From NCBI RefSeq assembly GCF_009914755.1, contig NC_060944.1: a stretch of DNA of 64,000 nucleotides. One strand, written 5' to 3'. Origin of the DNA: the human T2T-CHM13v2.0 reference genome, Homo sapiens. This document shows positions 16,196 to 29,280 of the stretch, piece after piece; within the stretch, counting starts at the first letter, position 1; every line of letters begins with the position of its first letter. Both the position numbers and the translations under genes were made by a program. Under the pieces are notes generated by a model. The model worked only from the letters and a program-made list of their open reading frames with translations, was not told where the DNA came from and searched no databases.

Positions 16196-16507
16196 TAGAC
16201 GTGATCTCAGTGGTGACTGTTGTGCTGGGCACCCATCAGCTAACCCTGCAAAATGGCCCAGCAGTTGGAATTTGGCAGAAACGTTAGCACTGCCTGTCCT
16301 GGCTCTCAGAGTCCCTGCAAGTATCGCTGTGGCTCACACAGGGGCATCCCCTTCAGCTTCCATCCAAAGGAAGGCGGAGTGGGCATCCAAACCGAGCTTA
16401 ATGCCAGGAAAGATGGACCTTTAGTGAACGGAAAATGGAATTTCCATTGTGGCTTCTGTAGATTTGCCTTTTCCAAATGGACTCCAAGTCATTATGTAAG
16501 AACTCAG

Positions 16508-16985
16508 TGCATGTGCACACACATCCACATGCGCACACACGTGCATACAAAAACACACGTCTACACACGCACACACGTGCATACAAAGACACACACCCAT
16601 ACGCGCACACACGTGCATACAAAAACACACACCCACATGCGTGCACACGTGCATACAAAAACACACACCCACATGCGCACACACGTGCATACAAAAACAC
16701 ACATCCACATGCGCACACACGTGCATACAAAAACACACATCCACATGCGCACGCACTTGCATACAAAAACACATCCACATGCGCACGCACGTGCATACTA
16801 TACACACATGCACACACGTGCATGCAATACACACATCCACATGTGCATACACGTGCATACTATACACACATGCACACACGTGCATACTATACACACATCC
16901 ACATGCACACACACGTGCACACTATACACACATGCACACATGTGCACATACCACTCTGCTTCACACACACACTCCTACACGTTCA
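16508..16985. repeat. 36-bp CA-rich minisatellite (about 7 regular units, then degenerate) containing 11 CACGTG
   Basis: Unit cacatccacatgcgcacacacgtgcatacaaaaaca. CACGTG at 16538, 16574, 16610, 16646, 16682, 16718, 16788, 16815, 16850, 16877, 16912. Confidence 0.93.
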
Positions 16986-19098
16986 TGTTTGCCACCTCCC
17001 TCCCTCCACCCTCCCCTCTATCTTCCATTGAATTCTTATCTAGCACAGGCAGTGGTTTGTGGGGTGCTTTCCTGTCCCCATTTCCATCTATAGGAAGCTG
17101 ATGAGCTTCCTGGCAGTGTTGTAGGGGAGACGGCTCCTGGAAGAAGCCCCAATCACAGAGACGGTGGTGAATGCAGCCTGATGCGGGGCGGCAAGCTGAG
17201 CACAGAGCGCTTTGAGGTTCAGCTGGGATCAGCTGCAGTTCTGCGCTCATTAAGGCATTTCATTCTGATAAAATATGTTAAACGAAAAAACGAGCGGGAG
17301 AGGAGGAGGCAGAATACTCTTCCCCAAAAAAAGTCTGTTAATTACAGGCTTTTTCCTTGGAAGGAATATCACGTCTCTTCCTAAGCACTAACGGCACCAC
17401 GCAGAGGGAAATAGGTAACCTACTTGTAGAGAGGAAAGCCCTGAAAAGCAAAGGGGTGGCTCTAATTGGCGGGGCTGTGGAGCCAGGGGTATCTGTGGCA
17501 AAGCAGGGAGCCACGCCTGGTGGTTCTGCCACTGGAATCAGACCGCAGTCTAAAGTGAGTGGTGAGTGAGGAGGTGTACCCACACCGCGGAGGGAACACT
17601 CAGAACCCCAGGCTGTCCCTTCTTCTCAAGCAGAGGAGGGAGGAAGCCGCTCACAGTTACCGAACTGATTTTCCAGGAACTTGGATAGGGACTTTTCTTT
17701 ATGTCCCCAGGGGAACTGGGGAAAATGGCAGGAGGGAGCAGCATTTAAAAGGTTAGCAGGACGCCCTCCCTGGTCCAGAATTCTGGCTCTGGACTGGACA
17801 GTTTGGGCAGTTGCTATGGTGCCAAGCACCATGCGGGCACTGGGGCTTCAGGGGAGAGAGGATATAGAGCTCTCCTGTGGCCTTCAGGAACCACCAAGCA
17901 ATCCACATTCTGCCTGAAGTTCACAACCTGGTCCCTCGGCCCTTGTAGGGCTGGTACCTACACAGGCACATTCTTAAAGGGTTTTAAAACGCCACTTGCT
18001 TGGCTAGCATACACGTTAGGTTTGACTCCTGGCGAGATTCAGAATGAGGATAAAATGAAACTTTTAAGAAGAGCATCTATTGCTTGGCTGAGTCTAATAC
18101 CAATGCACAATATGTTCCCTTGAGAGGCTGTCCAGGGCAACTGCAGGAATCAGCGAATCAGCTGAAGGTGATGAGGGGGAACGTGGTGCTCCTGGGTGCG
18201 AATCCTTTCATTTTGGCAGTTGATATTTTAGAAGACAAGAAGTCATGCAAACCCTCGGGCCCCCCTGCCAGAGGACAAGCTAGGAAAAGAGCTCTGAAGA
18301 CAAGGCTCTGGAGGGAGGTCGCTCCACAGTCGCGGAGCCTGCGAGGTGCTTAGGTCGCTCGGAGGAGACACACAGGAGCCATTTCCAGAGAAGCACAATC
18401 ACAGGTGCGCAGCCACAGATGGCTCACAAAGGATGGCTCAAGTCAGCCCCCTACACCGAACAACTCAAATGAGCTTAAGCGGATTGAAGTGCAACGTTTC
18501 CTTCACGTCTTCTGGATAAATTCGGTTCCCATTTGTGCACATACACCCCATTGCTTCACATCCAGCCACAAATACTTACACCGTTCTATGTGAACAGAGA
18601 TGGGCTGGGTCTTTGGGAGCATGGAGGTGAAAGGGCACATGGCTGCCCTGCACGGGCTCTGGACTGCTTCAGCAAATGAGTGATGCCCCGAGCTGGGTCT
18701 GCATCCCGAGATGCACGGCCAAGGTGCCGGAGACCCCTCTCTGGCCCGTGGCAGGGGCCCCATAAAAGTTGATTGGATGTGTGAGCACGTGTGGCGGGGC
18801 CAGCTGAATTTTAGCCCCACGTTATCTTTACAGAATGTTTGCTGGGTAACTTAGCAGTATAATTAGCACGGAGTCCACCTAAGCACCCACTTTCCAATAC
18901 TCTAAAGCATCCATGTGTGTACAAATGACTCACGTGGCAGTCATTCGTTGTCTCATGGAAGCAGGGTGGCCTTTCCAAAGCACGGATGTGGCTGTGTGGT
19001 TCCCACTGTCCTTGGGAGATGGCCTGAATGCTCACCTTGCCCCACAGGTTTCATGAGCTCATGCCACCCCTTGGCACAGCAAGCTCCAGTTGTGCTGG

Positions 19099-19147
19099 TG
19101 GCTCGTAGCTTCCAGACTGGCTCGTAGCTTCCAGACTGGCTCGTAGC
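19099..19147. repeat. 19-bp tandem repeat x2.5 (tggctcgtagcttccagac)
   Basis: Read directly from the sequence. Confidence 0.85.
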
Positions 19148-19849
19148 CTTGGTCACCTGCAGTCCTGTGCACAAGCTCCCCCCTCAGCCTGGAGGGTTTT
19201 CCCGGTGCACCCAACACTCCCCTCAGCCCGGCTACTCCCTACCTGCTCTGAGAACTCCCTACTTCTCAGGACCCATCAGAGGCCTTCCCAAGGGGCCAGG
19301 GCACCCACTTTGCCTGCTACTGTGGCAGAGTTTTTGACACTGTTTCGTCGGTAATTATTGTCTGCACCCCCCACTAAACCTAAAGCTCCTTGAGGAGCAC
19401 ACATGTCGTTAAACACTCATTAAGTGAGAATGACGGACACGGCCCTAGTGCCTACCTCTGCTAGTCAGCCCTTCATGGTCATTAGGAAGATTGTTACGTT
19501 AGGGATACAGTACCTGGCAATAATAAATTGGAAGGTCTTTTAGTAATGGTGGTGTGGTTTATTTCATTCTAACACTCCTATCAATAATAACTATAAATTC
19601 TAGGGGAAAATGTTTAAGCTCTTTGAAGTTACTTGGGAGAAATGGATAGTAGACAGAATCTGTTGGGGACTCCACGCTCGAAGGGAGAAAATGGCACTGG
19701 GTGAGACGTGTGTGCAGGTGGCTTCCCTCTGAGGGCACCATCCCAGGCCTTGCCTCAAAGGGTGAGTGGATCTCAGGCAGGAAGCCACAGACGTGCTGGT
19801 CACAGGAGCTGTAAGATGGAGTTTAGAATTGACAAAGCAGCTGGAATGT

Positions 19850-21710
<1,861 letters not shown>

Positions 21711-21726
21711 AAATGAATTTCTTTAA

Positions 21727-22018
21727 GGCTGGGTGCAGTGGCTCATGCCTGTCATCCCAGCACTTTGGGAGGCCGAGGTGGACGTACCACTTGAGGCCAG
21801 GAGTTCAAGACCAGCCTGACCAACATGGTGAAACCCCATCTCTACTAAAAATACAAAAAATTAGCCGGCCGTGGTGGCACATGCCTATAATCCCAGCTAC
21901 TCAGGAGGCTGAGGCATGAGAATCACTTGAACCCCGGAGGTAGAGGTTGCAGTGAGCCAAGATCATGCCACTGTACTCCAGTCTGGGTAACAGAGTGAGA
22001 CCTTGTTTCAAAAAAAAA
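21727..22018 (+). mobile_element. AluS, full length
   Basis: ggctgggtgcagtggctc...poly-A. TSD gaatttcttta at 21715-21725 and 22019-22029. Confidence 0.92.
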
Positions 22019-22359
22019 GAATTTCTTTATATATGCGTCAATGAAAACTGTTAGTCACCAGATTGTCCCGTTTATTAGCACAAATAAGTGAGTTTTGGAT
22101 GTGCCCATCTATGAAAACAAATACAAGGCGTCAATGATTCTGAAGGCTTCTTCCAAATTCATTACCCAACATTCTATCTGAACACACTAATATACATTTC
22201 TAGGGTCGATGGTTTAAACTGTAAATTCTCCAAAGGCACATTCTATATGATTTTTGCCCACAACCTTTCCTTAATATGTACATGTTTTCTAGATAAAAAC
22301 ATTAAATACAGCTAAAGTGACATCAAGGTCTCCCTCCCTTCCTTTCCTCCAATACGTGA

Positions 22360-24048
22360 GAGAAATGTAATCCCAGTTCCTTGGGACAGTTCTCGAGGCC
22401 CTCAGATGTCCTGTGCCCCCGAAAGAAATGTAATCCCAGTTCCTTGGGATAGTTCTCAAGGCCCTCCGATATCCTGTGCCCCTGGGAGAAATGTAAGCCC
22501 AGTTCCTCAGGACAGTTCTCGAGGCCCTCAGATGTCCTGTGCTCCCAGGAGAATATAAGCCTAGTTCCTCGGGACAGTTCTCGAGGCCCTCAGGTGTCTT
22601 GTGCCCCCAAGAGAAATGTAATCCCAGTTCCTTGGGACAGTTCTCCGGGCCCTCAGATGTCCTGTGCCCCCGGGAGAAATGTAAGCCTAGTTCCTCGGGA
22701 CAGTTCTCGAGGCCCTCAGGTGTCTTGTGCCCCCAAGAGAAATGTAATCCCAGTTCCTCGGGACAGTTCTCAAGGCCCTCAGATGTCCTGTGCCCCCAAG
22801 AGAAATGTAATCCCAGTTCCTTGGGACAGTTCTCAAGGCCCTCCGATATCCTGTGCCCCCAGGAGAATGTAAGCCCAGTTCCTCGGGACAGTTCTCGAGG
22901 CCCTCAGGTGTCTTGTGCCCCCAAGAGAAATGTAATCCCAGTTCCTCGGGACAGTTCTCAAGGCCCTCAGATGTCCTGTGCCCCCAAGAGAAATGTAATC
23001 CCAGTTCCTTGGGACAGTTCTCAAGGCCCTCCGATATCCTGTGCCCCCAGGAGAATGTAAGCCCAGTTCCTCGGGACAGTTCTCGAGGCCCTCAGGTGTC
23101 TTGTGCCCCCAGGAGAATGTAAGCCCAGTTCCTTGGGACAGTTCTCGAGGCCCTCAGGTGTCTTGTGCCCCCAAGAGAAATGTAATCCCAGTTCCTCGGG
23201 ACAGTTCTCAAGGCCCTCAGATGTCCTGTGCCCCCAAGAGAAATGTAATCCCAGTTCCTTGGGACAGTTCTCAAGGCCCTCCGATATCCTGTGCCCCCAG
23301 GAGAATGTAAGCCCAGTTCCTCGGGACAGTTCTCGAGGCCCTCAGGTGTCTTGTGCCCCCAGGAGAATGTAAGCCCAGTTCCTTGGGACAGTTCTCGAGG
23401 CCCTCAGGTGTCTTGTGCCCCCAAGAGAAATGTAATCCCAGTTCCTCGGGACAGTTCTCAAGGCCCTCCGATATCCTGTGCCCCCAGGAGAATGTAATCC
23501 CAGTTCCTCGGGACAGTTCTCGAGGCCCTCAGATGTCCTGTGCCCCCAAGAGAAATGTAATCCCAGTTCCTCGGGACAGTTCTCAAGGCCCTCCGATATC
23601 CTGTGCCCCCAGGAGAATGTAAGCCCAGTTCCTCGGGACAGTTCTCGAGGCCCTCAGATGTCCTGTGCCCCCAAGAGAAATGTAATCCCAGTTCCTCGGG
23701 ACAGTTCTCCAGGCCCTCCGATATCCTGTGCCCCCAGGAGAATGTAAGCCCAGTTCCTTGGGACAGTTCTCGAGGCCCTCAGGTGTCCTGTGCCCCCAAG
23801 AGAAATGTAATCCCAGTTCCTTGGGACAGTTCTCGAGGCCCTCAGGTGTCTTGTGCCCCCAAGAGAAATGTAATCCCAGTTCCTCGGGACAGTTCTCAAG
23901 GCCCTCCGATATCCTGTGCCCCCAGGAGAATGTAAGCCCAGTTCCTCGGGACAGTTCTCCAGGCCCTCCGATATCCTGTGCCCCCAGGAGAATGTAAGCC
24001 CAGTTCCTCGGAACAGTTCTCCAGGCCCTCAGATGTCCTGTGCCCCCG
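22360..24048. repeat. 62/63-bp VNTR, 27 copies, with higher-order (250-bp) periodicity
   Basis: Unit gagaaatgtaatcccagttcctcgggacagttctcaaggccctcagatgtcctgtgcccccaa. The block starting at 23041 is repeated at 23291. Confidence 0.96.
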
Positions 24049-24774
24049 GGGCCTCATCAGACATTAAGCATGCAGTCCCTTTGCAGCTCTGGATGGCGCG
24101 AGTTTCCCACGTCCCATCCCCTTCCTGGCTATGGGCAAGTGCAGGCTGGATCCTGGCCTCCTCCTTCCTGGCCTCCAGCTCACTGCCCTACCCCTGGAGC
24201 AGAGGGGCCTTCTACACCTGAGCCACGCTGGCCACTCCCCAAGCTCACTCGAGGTCGAAGCTGTGGCCGACGCTTGGGCACTGGGGGCTTCCTCCTGCTC
24301 CCCAAAGGCGGGGTCAGGACACTCCTCCCTGGCTCTGCCCAGCATGTGGCTCTAGGGCTCACCACCTCAGTTCATCAGGTCTCTCCTCCGATGGCTTCTC
24401 TGCCACGATAGGACCCCCACCCTATTCACACGCAGCCCTGGCCCACTCCCTGGCCATGCTTCACCATCTCCTCACACCACGTGGCATTTCCTCATGGGGA
24501 GGGTCACACCTGTGGCAGCTCAGTTTTGCCTACCATCCGCTTCCTCCTGCTGGGCTGTGGGCTCCCTGAGGGTGGGGCGGCTCTGATCTTGCCCCTGTCT
24601 GTGTCCCAGCCACTAAGAATGCAGGCTGGCCCAGAGAATCCCTCAGTGAATCGCTGCTGGAGGAGTGGATGGTGACCTGCTAGAGGCAGGAGCTGGATTT
24701 GGCCTGTGGGCTGTGGTTTGTGACCCCTGGACTAACCCTGTCAGGTAGGATCGTCTGGTGGACACTGCACACCC

Positions 24775-24962
24775 CACCAGGTGCACAGAGCCCTCACCCA
24801 GCTGGATAGGGCCCTCACCCAGGTGCGCAGAGCCCTCACCCAGGTGGACAGGGCCCCCACCCAGGTTTGCAGAGCCCCCACCCAGGTGTGTAGAGCCCCC
24901 ACCCAGGTGTGCAGGGCTCCTACCCAGGTGTGTAGAGACCTTGCCCAGGTGGACAGGGCCCT
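24775..24962. repeat. 21-bp minisatellite x9 (cccaggtgtgcagagcccyca)
   Basis: CAGGTG or a variant at 24778, 24799, 24820, 24841, 24862, 24883, 24904, 24925, 24946. Confidence 0.9.
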
Positions 24963-26322
24963 CTAAAGTTCAGGACACCTCCCTTTCAAGGAGCCACCTG
25001 GAGAGAGATTTGGGGCCAGCTTAGCCACTTAGCCACTTTCTTAGAGGGCAGAGGCCCCTGATGCTCCAGCTCTAGCTGTGCTAGTGAATTTTTAAGCCTT
25101 CAGAGCCAGGGAGCGTGCGAGCGAGTGGAGAATGAGGTAGGTTTCTTTCCTCCAAAGGAACCTTCAGACTGAAAGTCTCTGGGAAGAAACCAGTGGCCGG
25201 AGGTATCCCAGGAGCCAGCTTGAGTCTGGGTTTTCTCCCCTGTAAGTGGACTGTGGAAATCTCCCCTCTGGTTCACCAGACACAGAATCCACGTCCAGGA
25301 TGGGAGGAACTGCTCTAAGAACACGTGAACGAGAGGCTTTGGGGGTCTTCGGCTCAGCCCTCCGGGGAAACAAGGACCCTTGAGAAAGTTGGACCCCCCG
25401 TTCAAACAGCGTCTCCTTCCGCAGCAAAACAGCGTGGCACTTCCATTGGCCCATCACCTACACTTCAGGGCCCACCTCCTTCCTGGCCCCAGGCAGGAGG
25501 GGCGGCTACACATGTGCACCACCCCCATGACCGTCTTGAGTGTGGTTCTGAAGACGCAATCCCAAGATGAACACGATCGCCCTGCTGCAGTCTGCGAGTC
25601 GCCCGGCAGCCAGACACAGCGCTGAGACCCACGGGGATTCACATTGTCCCCGCTGAAGCCAGAGGGATGTGAAGAAAGCAATCATTTTGGACTCTACTGC
25701 CCTGGGTTGTGTGGTTTAATTGCTCGTGTGAAAGGAACAGGCAGGCCCTTTGTGTTTACCGCCCTCTCATCCAAGCAGAAAATGTTCCCTTTCTTGAAAT
25801 GCTTTAATGGCTATATTTACGCAGCTGAAAGTTCCTTAAGAAATGAAAGTAAAATCAAATTGCTGCAAATGCTCAGATAATTTATTGGAGAATATTCAAT
25901 TCGAATATATTAATATTTTAGATTTTCATCATTAATTGAATATTCAGGGATTTAATTTTGTCACTGAATTGCTGGAGCACCCTCTGTGAACAGGTGTTTA
26001 GGATGAGAGCTCAGGCACCTTCCACAAATGGACTCTTAGAGTTTGGCAATGGCCAGGGAGCCTTGTGTCTGCCAGGCCAGCTCCAGGACTGCTGACCAGA
26101 CATTGTCTAGGTGCTAATGCGTGGGCTCCCAGGGCCACTGTAGAGTGCAGCTGTTCTGAGGACAAGTTTAAGGGTGAAGGAGAGTATGTATGTTGGGGCA
26201 AGCTGGCAACAGCCCTTGCTTGGAAAGAGATGTCCTTCATTCTTCAGTTGTGGCCTTCATACTTGAGAAGGTGAAACTGTCTGTGCATGAAATGATGATG
26301 ACAGCAGGCTGTGGTGGCCATT

Positions 26323-26417
26323 ATCCATCCATCCATCATCCATCCATCCATCCATCCATCCGTCTGTCCGTCCATCCATCCATCCATCTATCCCTCCATC
26401 CATCCATTCATGCATTC
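26323..26417. repeat. (CCAT)n microsatellite at an L2 tail
   Basis: atccatccatccatcatccatccatcc...cattcatgcattca. Confidence 0.9.
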
Positions 26418-26443
26418 ACTAAGCCTTTCCATGTCAAGCACCC

Positions 26444-26815
26444 TGTATCTGTTGGTTCTCACGCTGCTAATAAAGACATACCCAAGACTGGGTAATTTAT
26501 AAAGGAAAGAGGTTTAATTGACTCACAGTTCAGCAGGTCTGGGGAGGCCTCAGGAAACTTATAATCATGGTGGAAGGGGAAGCAAATATGCCCTTCTTCA
26601 CATGATGGCAGAAAGGAGAAGTGCAGATCGAAGCAGAGGAAAGCCCCTTATAAAACCATCAGCTCTCATGAGAATTCACTATCACGAGCGCAACATGGAG
26701 GTAACTGCGCCCATGATTCAATTATCTTCCACCAGGTCCCTCCCACAACACAGAGGGATTATGGGAACTACAATTCAAGATGATATTTGGGTGGGGCCAC
26801 AGCGAAACCATATCA
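26444..26815 (-). mobile_element. THE1 (THE1C-like) solo LTR, ERVL-MaLR
   Basis: tgtat...gctaataaagacatacccaagactgggtaatttataaaggaaagaggtttaattgactcacagttc...aaaccatatca, about 370 bp. Inserted into an L2. Confidence 0.9.
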
Positions 26816-27340
26816 ACCCCCAGGTGTGCTGTTGTGGGTACAGAGGCTACAACAGGGAACAGATGGAACAGTCCAGCCCTCATGGAGTTTATGATCAAAG
26901 ACAGGGATAAGTAACTCTTAGTTACAGTCTGGGAACCAGAGAATGTGGGATGCCATTGAAGTTTGATTTCAGATAAGGTGGCCAAGAAAGTCACTTCTGA
27001 GAGGACTGAATGCAGTGGCAGAGAGAATCATGGGGATATCGAGGGGATGAGTGCTCCAGGCAGAGGGAACAGTAAGTGCAAATGCTCAGAGTCTTAGAGG
27101 AAGAGCCAGGATGTCAGAGGGGCTGAATAGAAATGGCCAGGGAGAGGGTGAGAGAGAAGAACTGAGAGAGTGTCAAGGCCAGGTCACTCAGGGGCGTGTG
27201 GCCATGGGAGGGACTTGGTGGTTGATTCTGAAACCCAAAGAGTGATGTGGTGTGGCATAAATTGATTTACCAAGACCCCTCTGACTGCCGTGAGGGACCA
27301 GGCAGAGCAGGAGTAAAGGCAGTAGCAGGAGGCAGCTTCT
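26816..27340 (-). mobile_element. L2 fragment (continues from about 26400 across the LTR)
   Basis: cagccctcatggagtttatgatc...ctccaggcagagggaacagtaagtgcaaatgctcagag. Confidence 0.7.
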
Positions 27341-29280
27341 CAACCCTCCCACTGAGCTACCAGAAGGCCAGGGGTGTTGTTTTAATGTCCCGCCCAGTAA
27401 AACAGCTGGAAACCCCAATCTTATCACAGACTGGACATCTGTGACCCTTGAGGAATGAGAGGCTCTCTTTGATTCTACTCATGAGCATGGGGTCGCGGAG
27501 CTTCTGCTTCACTTTGTGTGTGTATGTGAGGAGCTGGAGTGTGGCAGCCAGAAAAAGAAACAGCCCTGAGGGGCTGGGGGAGGGCTGGGGGTGCAGACAG
27601 GGTGGGGATAAGGCACAGCGTAGGTTCTGGTTAAAGGATTTCTCCTGGCTTGGAAGGGAAGTGATGGCAGAGGAGCCCTGGGGAAACGGAAACTCATCTT
27701 CCAGGATCCTGGCTCCCAGCTCCCTTCCGGCACCCAGAGGTGGGGTCAGGAGGCCCCCAAGTGCTGACAGCAGGTGTTCCCTGGAGCTGACAGAGGAGAC
27801 AGCCTGTGTGCCATCAGCCCTCCTGGGCTCCCAGCCCGGCAGTGTTTTCCTGCTGACAGCAGTCCTGCAGGAGGCCTGACCATGTTTCCGATATTTGATG
27901 TTTCCTGTTAATTTCTAACAGCAGACTTTTCTAATATTCTGAAGACTCCTTTCTCAGAATATTAGAGACCTAAGGAGGGAAAGCCACCTCCCCAAAGCTC
28001 TCTGCTCAAAGACCTGACTTCAGCTCAGAGAAACAAGGGCATGGGAGACGAGGCCCAAAAGCAAAGCCAATGAGAAGTAGATGCGTGGGAGGGGAATTGC
28101 ATCTTGGAAATCAACCTGTCCATTAGCTATAGAAGACAGCAGAAAATGCTGCTTCAGTTTCCACTTCCCTAGTGGTGCTGAAACAGTCAGGCTTCTGTCT
28201 TCAAAATGACTCTCTAAAACCATGCCCCAGAAAGAGACTTTGTCCCCGGGGCCCTAGCATCAAGCTGGCCTGGGTTGTGTGGGGCTTTGTTTTGCTCGGG
28301 CAGAAAGTCTCGTCTGACACAGGTGTGGGTTGGTCAGGCACCAGGGCTCAGGGACCTCCCTGGTACCAACCCGGGGAAAAGTCCTCGAAGCTCTCTTGAT
28401 GGCACTGGCTTTCTCCGTAGAGGCCCGAGATGGCCTACGGATGCATCTGCACCTGAGCTGTGTGGGGCCCTGTCAGAGTGGTTTTCGATGGAGTTATGTT
28501 TGATTTCGGCTTTTGGGCTTCTGAGTTGTAATGCCTATTGAAGTTGAGAAGCTGATTTCATTTTCCCAAAATGTAGGCTTATTAAAACAAGAAAAGCCAT
28601 GGAGCCTTGGTGTCTGTTTCTTAAAAGCAAAGTTAAGCAATCAGCCAAGGTGCATGTCAGAAAAGGGGAGGGGGGCGGTGCCTGGGCTGGCACCCACGGG
28701 ATAGGAGGGGCCAGCAGTCACACCCTGCCTGCCTGAAGCGGCCTCTCCCTGGAGGACAAAACCAGTGGATCTTATCTGATCTAGTGGTTTCAGGAATTTT
28801 CTACACACATAAGGCACATCAGGGAGGAGAGGAAATTGTTGATGTGCTCCGTGTTTTCAGCAGAAAATCGTTCCTCATGTCGCTGCGTGCATGAGCCTGC
28901 CTTGCCCGGGGCATGCCAGCGCCTCAGCCCAGCAAACCGACATGCAGGCCCAGAGTTAGGCAGGGGCTGCAAGCACAGCGTTTCCCACTCACCATTGCCC
29001 CTGGGAGGTAGAACTGGTGGAGAAGGGAAAGGAAGTATGGTTGTCCTATGCGATCAATTGGGGACAGCCCAGGCCTGAAGACTTTGTCTCTATAAATAAG
29101 TAGCTAGGTGAAGACTTAGGTTTTCTATGAAAAATAATGGAATCTGAAGCTAATCCATGTTGCAAATTCAAGGTGTAGATTTGGGCAGGGTTGACATAAT
29201 TTATTGTGTTCAGTCTGAAATTGGTCAATAAAGTATGACGGGGTGAACAGTATATCCACAGTCTATTACATTAGGTTAGT

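Noticed and set aside
16253-17101. 282-aa His/Thr-rich ORF
   Set aside because: Artefact of the 36-bp CA-rich repeat.
22360-24048. CRISPR-like array, or the repetitive Cys/Pro/Ser ORFs over it
   Set aside because: Units are contiguous with no unique spacers, there are no cas genes and the context is eukaryotic. The ORFs shift frame at every 62-bp unit.
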